DNA of 64,000 bases from a virus. The translations under genes were made by a program, and so were the position numbers. Location of the stretch: IMG/VR virus record IMGVR_UViG_3300009103_000012, positions 20,395-84,394 of that record; one strand, given 5' to 3'. The stretch's first letter is position 1, and each line of letters begins with the position of its first letter. Below are positions 9,050-17,191 of this stretch, piece by piece. The notes under the pieces were generated by a model that made no database searches, had not been told where the DNA came from, and was given only the letters and a program-made list of their open reading frames with translations.

Positions 9050-9765
9050 TTTTCGCTCCCTAAGCCGGCTGAAAATAGTTTTGCAAGTTTATCTGCTCTT
9101 TTTACTCGTGCGTTAACAAGCTCCCAATTAAGCTCTTTCATCATCGCGAAAATATACTTTTTACGATCATTAAGATAGTCTCTGAAATATGCTCTTTCCT
9201 GTACTGATAATACAATAATCGGTACAGAGCACATCGGGATCCCTACTTCATTACCATCAATGAATATATTCATATAACGATTTAGAAAGCCATTATACAC
9301 TGTACATACCCATCCATCCCGGGAAGCCATTCCACATGCAATAAAGTCTTTCTGCCAATCTTCAAACGTACCAAAATCACGTGTAAGTCTCATATATGCT
9401 AAACTATCCATTGAAATCTTGGATGTTGGATCTGCTATATTATCGAAATAATAAGCTGAAAGAAATGAGCCATTCATATTGAAGGCCTCCTCCTGCTTAA
9501 TCCCTCTAAACGAAGAGTCTTTAGAATTCGACTCCGATCGGTCAACAGAATCCAGCTTTGCGGAAACGTCATTTAAGGCGTCAACATATTCATGTAAATT
9601 TTCCACATTTGCCTTGATAGCTTTCTCACTAAGCATATCAGTATTAATTTCATAATTCTTTGCTTGGACAACATAAGATTCTGAAAGGGGCTGCTGCGGT
9701 TTCTCTGAGTCCTTATAGAGCGTCTCATTTATCGCTCTCAATATTTCTTTCTCATTTATTGGCAT
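9046..9765 (-). CDS. Fe/Mn superoxide dismutase-fold protein lacking metal ligands
   Basis: DFGTFEDWQKDF, GWV, PIIVL..E.AY..DY..RKKY..LNW SOD C-domain motifs; DVWEHAYY is replaced by SVQERAYF. Confidence 0.7.
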   Translation of the reverse strand: MPINEKEILRAINETLYKDSEKPQQPLSESYVVQAKNYEINTDMLSEKAIKANVENLHEYVDALNDVSAKLDSVDRSESNSKDSSFRGIKQEEAFNMNGSFLSAYYFDNIADPTSKISMDSLAYMRLTRDFGTFEDWQKDFIACGMASRDGWVCTVYNGFLNRYMNIFIDGNEVGIPMCSVPIIVLSVQERAYFRDYLNDRKKYIFAMMKELNWELVNARVKRADKLAKLFSAGLGSEK

Positions 9766-9767
9766 GT

Positions 9768-10229
9768 TTAATCCACCTCGTATTCTTTTTCAAACTCTTC
9801 TTGATCGATCACAAAAACAACTTCATCCTGTGGCTCTTCATCTGCGATTTGCGCGATTGCTTGAACCTGGGCATCTACATCGACCGGGTCCGATTCAGGA
9901 TCTAATAAATCTGGAATTCGTGGGTCGGCTTCATCTTCATTCAATTGACCCATATCATCTGGTCCGCCTAATACTTCTTCACCACCACCAGGAGGATCAA
10001 AACGTGGTTCTTCTGGTTCACGTAAAATAATCTGAACCTTTCCAGGTTTATCACCTTTTACATGTGCAATTGTGTATTCATACCCAGACTTTTTATGGCG
10101 TACCTTCAGGTCGGGTGCAAGAATTAGATTTCCTCTATCATCAAAAACATCAGACTCGCCCATAACTTCATTCAGGCGATTATTGTACTCAAACTTTAGT
10201 ACCTCTAATAAAAAAGCTGCATCTGCCAT
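9768..10229 (-). CDS. Acidic hypothetical protein
   Basis: 153 aa; short beta-rich core (LKVRHKKSGYEYTI) and acidic tail. Confidence 0.65.
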   Translation of the reverse strand: MADAAFLLEVLKFEYNNRLNEVMGESDVFDDRGNLILAPDLKVRHKKSGYEYTIAHVKGDKPGKVQIILREPEEPRFDPPGGGEEVLGGPDDMGQLNEDEADPRIPDLLDPESDPVDVDAQVQAIAQIADEEPQDEVVFVIDQEEFEKEYEVD

Positions 10230-12241
10230 TATTTGCTCCGAATTCCTGCTAACACTTCCCAGCGCGCTGACTCAATTAACATTCCATGACGCCCGAACTT
10301 TCTATCCAGATGGTGGTATACGGTCTTTCGTAACATACCACGAGTGAGTCGAACATTATTTTCTGACGTCACTTTTAACATTTGAGCGGCGATCTGTGGA
10401 ATTAACTCTGAAAGAGAATCAAAATTCTTCTTTGCGAAACGCTTACTCTTCATTAGCGTCTCTTCATGTTCACCACGCCAGATATCAATAGCCGCCTGAA
10501 CCTCACCCTCAATAGCCTTGGCAGCATCTTCTAGAGCGGTATTGACCAAACCCTTTAATCCACCAATACGATCCTTCGCAGTCAGAGATTGTTGAGATGA
10601 TTTTGATAATCCACCCATCCAATTATCTAAGGCTGCTGCAACAGCAACGGCAGGTGGGACTTCTTCAGCTGCAGCTTCTTTAGCGGCTGATTCAAGCTCT
10701 GCTTGCGCAGTCTCTTGTTCTTCCTCAGCTTCCTCTTCAGAGGCCGGAGCACCCTCTTCACCTTCAGCTCCTTCTTCACCCGCTGCAATTGCGATGGCTT
10801 TATCTAGAAGCTCTTGGTCATTCACGTCGGTTGCCCATGCTGTTATTTCTTCCTCGCCCGGTTCCAGGCCGGAGGATTTACCTACGGTTGAAAATGCGGC
10901 AATGACATCTTCAAAAGGAATACCCTCTTCTTCCTCAAATAATAGCGTCATTAAGGTACTTTCATGGATTGCAGCTCCGGGACGAGAGTAATGGGCAGCA
11001 AAAATCTTGCTGGCCTCTTCATCACTAAGCATATTCTTTACAAGTTCATCACCACCATCACCCAGGTGTTTGGTACCGAGATCAGCAAGTGCGTCTAAAT
11101 TCTTAAAAGTCGATGCAACTTCCTCATCTGCTGCATCATCAGCTTGGTCAGCAACGTCTGCAACTTGTTCAGGTGTCGCGGCATCAGGACCAGCCCCAAA
11201 CAGCTGAAGGATCAGAGCTACAATCTGTTGCTGTCTTGGTGATAATGCATCAAGCTTACCCCCAATACCAGCTTCAACTGCGGCGGCATCAGATGGCTCT
11301 AAAACTTTTTGTGCTGAGGCGAGCGTTTCTTTTGCAACGTCAGGATTCTTTTTGAGAACCTCAGCGCCTTGTGCTGCAGCTTTCATATCAGCCTTACCAG
11401 ATGCTGCGGCGTCTGCTCCGCCCTGAGCCTGTGCGGCGGCGGCGGATGCTTCGGCTGTCTCTGCACCGATATCTTCTGTCACACCCACAAGCTCTTGCTG
11501 CAATGACTGAAGGTTTATTGCAGCAAACTCCTCAAAGGGAGAAGACATAATAGCTGCTACCACCATATCATCAGCTACAATATTTCCTGAATCATCACCA
11601 CCGAAAAGTTTACCTATAAACCCCATGACCTTCTTAAAGAAGCCACCGCTCTCTGCTTCAGCTTCTTTCGACCCAGCTTCCCATGCCTTATTAAACCAGT
11701 CTGGAACAACATATGTTTTTTCGACAGCTTTCTTAATATCATCAGGTGTTGGAAAGTCTGGTGCGTCGTCGCCGCCTTCGTCAGCTGCATTAGCGAGATC
11801 GCCGACTGTTTTCGTTCCATCTTCAACCTTGGACTTACCAATCTCACCCTTCACAGCCTCGATACACTGGATTAGCGCAGCTGCTTCGCCCATTAGATCT
11901 TGAACGGTTTTCGTTATGTTGGCAGCTGCGTCGGCCCGAGCTTTGGGGTCGGCTTTCTCGTCGTACATGGCATCGCCGCCAGTAATTTCAACACCGCCCA
12001 GTGCATCAACGAGGGCACTCCACTCAGGTGTATCTGGTGTGGCGTCGCCAATCTGGCCAAGAATGGACGTTGCTTGATCTACTGCAGTATTCCACTCTGC
12101 CTTATCTTTATCATCAAGCGCTTCTGTAAGAAGCGTCTCTAACTCACCAGCAGCCAAAAAATGTTCTGCGAATAGATCAACTTGTGTCTTAATAAACGCC
12201 TTCGAGCATTGCTTCGAAAGGTTATGTATAATCCCACTCAT
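10229..12241 (-). CDS. Large Ala/Glu/Asp-rich protein, probable internal head protein
   Basis: ORF track gives 10229..12256; ATG 12241 has GGAG 9 nt upstream; LLTEA, LLFEE and C-terminal LIESARWEVLAGI motifs. Confidence 0.6.
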   Translation of the reverse strand: MSGIIHNLSKQCSKAFIKTQVDLFAEHFLAAGELETLLTEALDDKDKAEWNTAVDQATSILGQIGDATPDTPEWSALVDALGGVEITGGDAMYDEKADPKARADAAANITKTVQDLMGEAAALIQCIEAVKGEIGKSKVEDGTKTVGDLANAADEGGDDAPDFPTPDDIKKAVEKTYVVPDWFNKAWEAGSKEAEAESGGFFKKVMGFIGKLFGGDDSGNIVADDMVVAAIMSSPFEEFAAINLQSLQQELVGVTEDIGAETAEASAAAAQAQGGADAAASGKADMKAAAQGAEVLKKNPDVAKETLASAQKVLEPSDAAAVEAGIGGKLDALSPRQQQIVALILQLFGAGPDAATPEQVADVADQADDAADEEVASTFKNLDALADLGTKHLGDGGDELVKNMLSDEEASKIFAAHYSRPGAAIHESTLMTLLFEEEEGIPFEDVIAAFSTVGKSSGLEPGEEEITAWATDVNDQELLDKAIAIAAGEEGAEGEEGAPASEEEAEEEQETAQAELESAAKEAAAEEVPPAVAVAAALDNWMGGLSKSSQQSLTAKDRIGGLKGLVNTALEDAAKAIEGEVQAAIDIWRGEHEETLMKSKRFAKKNFDSLSELIPQIAAQMLKVTSENNVRLTRGMLRKTVYHHLDRKFGRHGMLIESARWEVLAGIRSK

Positions 12242-12278
12242 GTCTTGGAACTCCAATTAATAATATAGCGCTTACAAG

Positions 12279-12296
12279 TAAATATGGAGTAAATAT
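12279..12296 (-). promoter_or_regulatory. Two tandem ATATTTAC motifs
   Basis: Copies at 12279-12285 and 12290-12296, at the boundary between the modification operon and the acidic late-gene block. Confidence 0.55.
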
Positions 12297-12304
12297 CACT
12301 GGTG

Positions 12305-12724
12305 CTACGTTCTATAGCGCCTAACTGTGACTCCTGCGGACTTAAGTAGGTCAACTCCAGACATATCCCTATATTCTTCGTCAAAAACCACTTCCGAGAT
12401 CCCGCCATTGATCATTGCTTTCGCACACATCTTGCATGGACTAAGAGTCACATACATGATTTTTCTTCCGCGAATATTATAGTCGCACTTCAGCAATGCG
12501 TTAATCTCAGCATGGATCATTCCTGAATTTCCAGGCTCAGTGGACTCCACTTCATTAGGTCCACCAGAATAATTACCGTTATATCCCACGGCAAGAACCT
12601 GTGTATTCTCCTTTGTCACAATAACGGCACCGACCTGATATCGAGGGTCGTAAGATCTACGAGATATGGAATGGGCAAAGCCCATCCATATCTCATCCCA
12701 CTCTGGTCTACCACCCAAGCTCAT
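12305..12724 (-). CDS. dCMP deaminase
   Basis: RPEWDE.WM, VGAVI, GYNG, HAEINAL, PCKMC zinc deaminase motifs. Confidence 0.9.
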   Translation of the reverse strand: MSLGGRPEWDEIWMGFAHSISRRSYDPRYQVGAVIVTKENTQVLAVGYNGNYSGGPNEVESTEPGNSGMIHAEINALLKCDYNIRGRKIMYVTLSPCKMCAKAMINGGISEVVFDEEYRDMSGVDLLKSAGVTVRRYRT

Positions 12725-13301
12725 TCAAATACCTCTTAAGATTTTCACAACTTTCAACCTCATCACCCCAAGCAGACCAGCCTGGATTCTGATGTCTTGC
12801 AAAAAGCTCCACCTTACTTTGGTCCGGAAACATCTGCTCAATTCGAGCTCGTACTTCATCTGGCTTCTTACTATGCTCTTCGCGGAGGTGCTCAAGATAT
12901 TGTCTTATATTTCTCGCGCCACGGGGACGAGGAATCTTTCCATTCTTCCCAACAAGACAAAGCTCACACTGGGACATTGTATAAAAGCCGGGATTGACTC
13001 GCATTTTATTCCATACAAACCCAACGGTCGCATATTTCAAACCCCAACTTTTTAGAAGCTCGATGCCTTGATCAAGATGAGGATTTGTCACCCACATAAA
13101 TACCAACGCATCCTCATTCATGAGTTTTTGCATTGGAAACTGCTTTAGCTGCTTTAGCTTGAGTGTACCATAATGCTTGCGAGCGCCACCTGTATCACCC
13201 ATTCCAGGCTTACTATGTTGGAGCTGGCCTTTGTAATCCCATGGTGGATCAAGGTAGACAATGTCATACCTCGGACTCGGCTGTGTCAAAAAGTTCTTCA
13301 A
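12708..13301 (-). CDS. MT-A70 family amino (N6-adenine) methyltransferase
   Basis: YDIVYLDPPW, FMWVT, GFVWNK, E.CLVG, EHSKKP, KVELFAR, GWSAWGDE; likely TTG start at 13301 with AAGGAG RBS. Confidence 0.88.
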   Translation of the reverse strand: MKNFLTQPSPRYDIVYLDPPWDYKGQLQHSKPGMGDTGGARKHYGTLKLKQLKQFPMQKLMNEDALVFMWVTNPHLDQGIELLKSWGLKYATVGFVWNKMRVNPGFYTMSQCELCLVGKNGKIPRPRGARNIRQYLEHLREEHSKKPDEVRARIEQMFPDQSKVELFARHQNPGWSAWGDEVESCENLKRYLNELGW

Positions 13302-14118
13302 TGTGTTTCTCCTTAGGTAAAGTAAATCCCGCTGCTTTCTTGTGACCGCCGCCGCCAAATTGCTTTGCAATCTCAGAAACATCAACGCTATCGTGAAAAG
13401 CCCTTAAGCTAACCTTCGTTATTTCATCTTCATGATCCCAATACCAGATCATTGCAAAATCACAATCAGGGGCTAAACGAGCACCAATCTCGGACATCCA
13501 GTGAGATGCATTTACTACCAGCACCTCTTTTCCGCCCATCTTACGAGGTTGCGCTTTTTCACAAACTTTTTTGACAACCGTCTTGCTGTATGCAAGAATG
13601 TAAGATCCGCGCTTACACGCATCGTCAAAAACAGAATCATCTTCGAACTTCTCGAACTCCTCAAATTCAAACGGCACCATATCAAATGCTGCGCTGAACT
13701 CTTTGGAATATTCAAGTTTCCACTCCCAGAGATCGCGATCCTGGATATACTTTATGAACTTTGGCGGCTCTTTCCCTGGATGGAAATATTCCCATGCAAG
13801 CATCGCACCGCTCTTCGTCATATCAAACCGAGTATTTGAGATATCGTGAAGCTCGACCATGGCTGATTTGTGGTGATCAATGATCAGTAGATTTTTAGCT
13901 TTCTTTATCATCTTCTTGATCGTTGACTTACCCCAAGAAAAATCAAGAATTACAACGTTTTTTCCTTTTACATCTGGAGGAGTGGTACCATGCTTACATG
14001 CATAATATTCTGCTCGATTTCCAAGTTGTTTCCAAGCAGAGTAAGCTGCGCCGAAACCGTCTGTGCAGTCTGCATGATAAATCACTACGTTAACCGAATT
14101 TGGGTCCATTGAACTCAT
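13264..14118 (-). CDS. DHH/DHHA1 family phosphoesterase
   Basis: YHADCTDG, ILDFS, IIDHH, SLR, GGGGHKKAAGF. Confidence 0.88.
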   Translation of the reverse strand: MSSMDPNSVNVVIYHADCTDGFGAAYSAWKQLGNRAEYYACKHGTTPPDVKGKNVVILDFSWGKSTIKKMIKKAKNLLIIDHHKSAMVELHDISNTRFDMTKSGAMLAWEYFHPGKEPPKFIKYIQDRDLWEWKLEYSKEFSAAFDMVPFEFEEFEKFEDDSVFDDACKRGSYILAYSKTVVKKVCEKAQPRKMGGKEVLVVNASHWMSEIGARLAPDCDFAMIWYWDHEDEITKVSLRAFHDSVDVSEIAKQFGGGGHKKAAGFTLPKEKHIEELFDTAESEV

Positions 14119-14138
14119 AGTATTCCCGGGATAGATTT

Positions 14139-14579
14139 TTAATTATCATTTTCTTTGTTCGGGTGCACAAAAACATACTTTCCACTTTCATCAACTTCAC
14201 GCCCATAATCGTCTTCCAACCGAACAGGAGAGGAAGAATCAGTACCTGAAGAAATTTCAAAAACAACACTGTCATCCATTGCTGTCAATCGATACGCACA
14301 CCCTGCTTGAACATTTATTATTTCACCAGGTCCCAACGTTACAACTCGAGCAGGATAAAGCACATGATCTAAGAAGTGTCTTTCATCTGCAATTTCAGCA
14401 CTGATCAGACCACTCTGAACATATAAGACTTCTTGTTTCGATCTGTGAAATTTTAAGCTTGTCCGATGACCTGCTCTCAAATGAATTTCTTTGCCGTGGA
14501 AAATACCATTCCACTGGATCTCATAACCCCATGGCTTCTTTGTCGCTGATGATCTTCCTGGCCAAATGCACCTATTCAT
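14139..14579 (-). CDS. Cupin-fold sugar isomerase-like protein (mannose-6-phosphate isomerase type II C-terminal-like)
   Basis: KPWGYE, TSLKFHRSKQEVLYVQSG, EIS, VRLEDDYGR; ATG 14579 overlaps the epimerase stop (TAATG). Confidence 0.75.
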   Translation of the reverse strand: MNRCIWPGRSSATKKPWGYEIQWNGIFHGKEIHLRAGHRTSLKFHRSKQEVLYVQSGLISAEIADERHFLDHVLYPARVVTLGPGEIINVQAGCAYRLTAMDDSVVFEISSGTDSSSPVRLEDDYGREVDESGKYVFVHPNKENDN

Positions 14580-15595
14580 TAATCGATTAGCTCCCACCAT
14601 TGAAGCGTTTTTCTTAGCCCATCCCAAAATTGCTTACGGGGATGCCAGCCAAGATCTTCGCTAATCTTATTTATACAGCCCAATGTATGCTTAACATCAC
14701 CTGCCCTCTCTGGAGCATGAGTAATGGTTAGGTCAGGAAAATACTCTTCCAGCACTCCTAAAATCTGATTATTCGATACCGACGCACCAGTAGCGACATT
14801 ATACATCTGAAACCCTAAATACGCAGGGTGGTCGGCTGCGGCAATCATGGCTTGAGCAACGTCTTTAACATAAATCATATCTCTCGTCTGCTCACCGTCT
14901 CCATCACTTCGAAGAGGGTCACCATTCTTTATACGAGCACACCATGCTGCAACAGCAGTAGAATATGGAGAATCTCCCAGTTGGCCTGGACCGTATACAT
15001 TAAAGAATCTTAACGCAACAAAATCCATCCCGTAGAGTGTAGTATACATCTCAGCGAATTGCTCAACCACAAGCTTTTGTAATCCGTAAGGAGACGTAGG
15101 ATCCTCCGCTTCTTCTTCTGTCGTTGGTAAACTGGCAACCTCCCCGTAACAAGCAGACGATGATGCAAATACAAATCGTTCTATCTTGTTAATCGCGGCG
15201 GACATTAATTCAATTGTCTTCTGAACATTTGTGTGGGTCGTTAATGCTGGATATTTAACAGAATATTCAACTCGTGGATTCGCAGCGAGGTGAAAAATCA
15301 CGTCATAATCGCCGGCGGCGACACGAGACAAAATCTGTCCTGCTGCAAAATCAGCCGTGATAACTAGAAGCTCGCCAGCCAATGGAATACCGGCTTGCTC
15401 ATCATACAGGTGAAGCATTCCTTCTGTAACTGTACGATGTCGCATACCCTCCAAAGTGGAAAGATCACCATTCGAGAGATCATCGACACCCTCAACATAC
15501 CACCCAGCTTCTACAAGCTGACGTGTCACATGGCTTCCTATAAAACCGCAACACCCCGTCACTAGTGCTTTACGTAAACGCACAAAATCCTCCAA
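14579..15595 (-). CDS. NAD-dependent NDP-sugar 4-epimerase (GalE/WbpP-like extended SDR)
   Basis: ALVTGCCGFIGSH, HLAA, FASSS..YG, SPYGLQK (YxxxK), LRFFNVYGPGQ, GDGEQTRD. Confidence 0.88.
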   Translation of the reverse strand: MEDFVRLRKALVTGCCGFIGSHVTRQLVEAGWYVEGVDDLSNGDLSTLEGMRHRTVTEGMLHLYDEQAGIPLAGELLVITADFAAGQILSRVAAGDYDVIFHLAANPRVEYSVKYPALTTHTNVQKTIELMSAAINKIERFVFASSSACYGEVASLPTTEEEAEDPTSPYGLQKLVVEQFAEMYTTLYGMDFVALRFFNVYGPGQLGDSPYSTAVAAWCARIKNGDPLRSDGDGEQTRDMIYVKDVAQAMIAAADHPAYLGFQMYNVATGASVSNNQILGVLEEYFPDLTITHAPERAGDVKHTLGCINKISEDLGWHPRKQFWDGLRKTLQWWELID

Positions 15596-15599
15596 TTCT

Positions 15600-16124
15600 C
15601 TAAATGTTAATTCCTAAAAATATTTTAATCTTTTTGATCTGATTGTTCAAATCCATATCATCAGTTTCTAAAATAAAGCATTCACAGGCTGTCGTTTCTA
15701 CAAAGGCTCTATACAGCTTATCAAGCTTTTCCAGCATTTCTTTCGGCAGGTCATTAGGGTATTGATCATCAATGAGCCCCGAATAATCTTGTCGTAAACA
15801 AATAATAAATTTACCCGCTGCCTCGGAAAAATTCACGTCCATCCAAGATATCGCAGACATATCTGTCTCTCTTTCAAACGCTTCTGCGTATACAAGTTCG
15901 CAAGGGTAAAAGCGATCAAGGATAACTTTCGCGTCGGTTTGCCTCATAAAGTCCATAAGAAATGGACCACCATAACGTAAAAGATTGAGAAAATAATCGG
16001 GTCTATCTAACTCCGTTTCCCACTCTCCAGAATTCTTAAATACAGGAATTCCGGTCTGTCGAGACAACTCAGCAGCAATATTGGATTTTCCGGTCATATC
16101 AGGACCGATGAACGCAATTTTCAT
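15600..16124 (-). CDS. dNMP kinase (thymidylate kinase-like), probable hm-dCMP kinase
   Basis: P-loop GPDMTGKS and ILDRF motif; lies inside the modification operon. Confidence 0.75.
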   Translation of the reverse strand: MKIAFIGPDMTGKSNIAAELSRQTGIPVFKNSGEWETELDRPDYFLNLLRYGGPFLMDFMRQTDAKVILDRFYPCELVYAEAFERETDMSAISWMDVNFSEAAGKFIICLRQDYSGLIDDQYPNDLPKEMLEKLDKLYRAFVETTACECFILETDDMDLNNQIKKIKIFLGINI

Positions 16125-17176
16125 ACCCGATAATCCCCCAGGATGTGCTCGAGAAGATCAGTCCTATATTCAGGCCTTGGATCGATTACAGTCCTCAGAG
16201 CTTCCTCCTGGGCGTCGACAAGCGCCTTCCTCTCATTCGCAGATAAAGTCGCAATCCACTTCACTTTCTTAACAACATCCTCTGTTGTTTCAACAAGCAA
16301 TGACTTGTCGGCTAATCCAACAGGTACAGCATGCTGAAACTCAATTGGAACCAAAGCTGGTACGTTACTCTTAATCGCTTCAAAGAAGCGACCCGTAATA
16401 TTTCCATAGGGAGTATAAGCCGGCTTCGTAATATGAGTCACAGTAATGGAAGAGTTTAGAACACCAAAAATATCCTTGTAGGCTAGACGAGGTCCAAATG
16501 CAACATTCGGTGTCTGCGCAAGCAGCTCCGCTGGGTCTATTCGCTCAGGTGATTTGTTCAGCCAATTTCCGTAAATCATTGTCTGGACACCTTGCTCGCG
16601 CAACGCAGCGCTTGGGCCAGTGTAATACTTCGCAAAAGGCTGCTCACGTTCGTAGTTGTTACCAACGTATGTATAATTGTAAGAATACTCAATGGGCTCA
16701 AAATATCGCTTCATGTAATTGCACCAGGGGATTGTAATCCGCTTTCGTGTTTGGTGCTGGGGTGCTACACATGCATCAGCAAGAATTGCATTCGGCCAAC
16801 GATTCTCTTCTTGCGGTGTCATTTTAAGATCACCGTCTACAATCACTATGGGGATTCCTTGCTCATGGTAATAGTCAAGAACCTGACATTGACGCTGATA
16901 GTCAGACTCTTCTGGATTTTCGCCGCTGTTCTTCCACGTAGGCCATCTCCATTCTACATAAAGAATATCGCCATCAGGGAAGCCGGTGTCATCATACTCT
17001 ACACCAGGGTATTGTTCATCATCCCTCATTTTCTGAAGCTGGATTGGTGTATGGCCACGCTTAAGTAATTCATTGACCCAATCTACACGGTTTCCACGCT
17101 CTCCATCTGGTGTGTTAACAATGCTATTCTTTTCAAGGGGTGTAATAAACCCCCAAAAACTATACAAAACCCTCAT
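16121..17176 (-). CDS. GT-B glycosyltransferase resembling T4 DNA beta-glucosyltransferase
   Basis: 351 aa; YVGNNYERE, VAFGPRL, NITGRFFEAIKSNVPALVPIEF and C-terminal helices parallel T4 BGT as recalled (IYGGSFR..RE, VFTGKI, FITLRVWETMASDAVMLIDEEF). Confidence 0.7.
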   Translation of the reverse strand: MRVLYSFWGFITPLEKNSIVNTPDGERGNRVDWVNELLKRGHTPIQLQKMRDDEQYPGVEYDDTGFPDGDILYVEWRWPTWKNSGENPEESDYQRQCQVLDYYHEQGIPIVIVDGDLKMTPQEENRWPNAILADACVAPQHQTRKRITIPWCNYMKRYFEPIEYSYNYTYVGNNYEREQPFAKYYTGPSAALREQGVQTMIYGNWLNKSPERIDPAELLAQTPNVAFGPRLAYKDIFGVLNSSITVTHITKPAYTPYGNITGRFFEAIKSNVPALVPIEFQHAVPVGLADKSLLVETTEDVVKKVKWIATLSANERKALVDAQEEALRTVIDPRPEYRTDLLEHILGDYRV

Positions 17177-17191
17177 TTTTTCTCCTTAATA

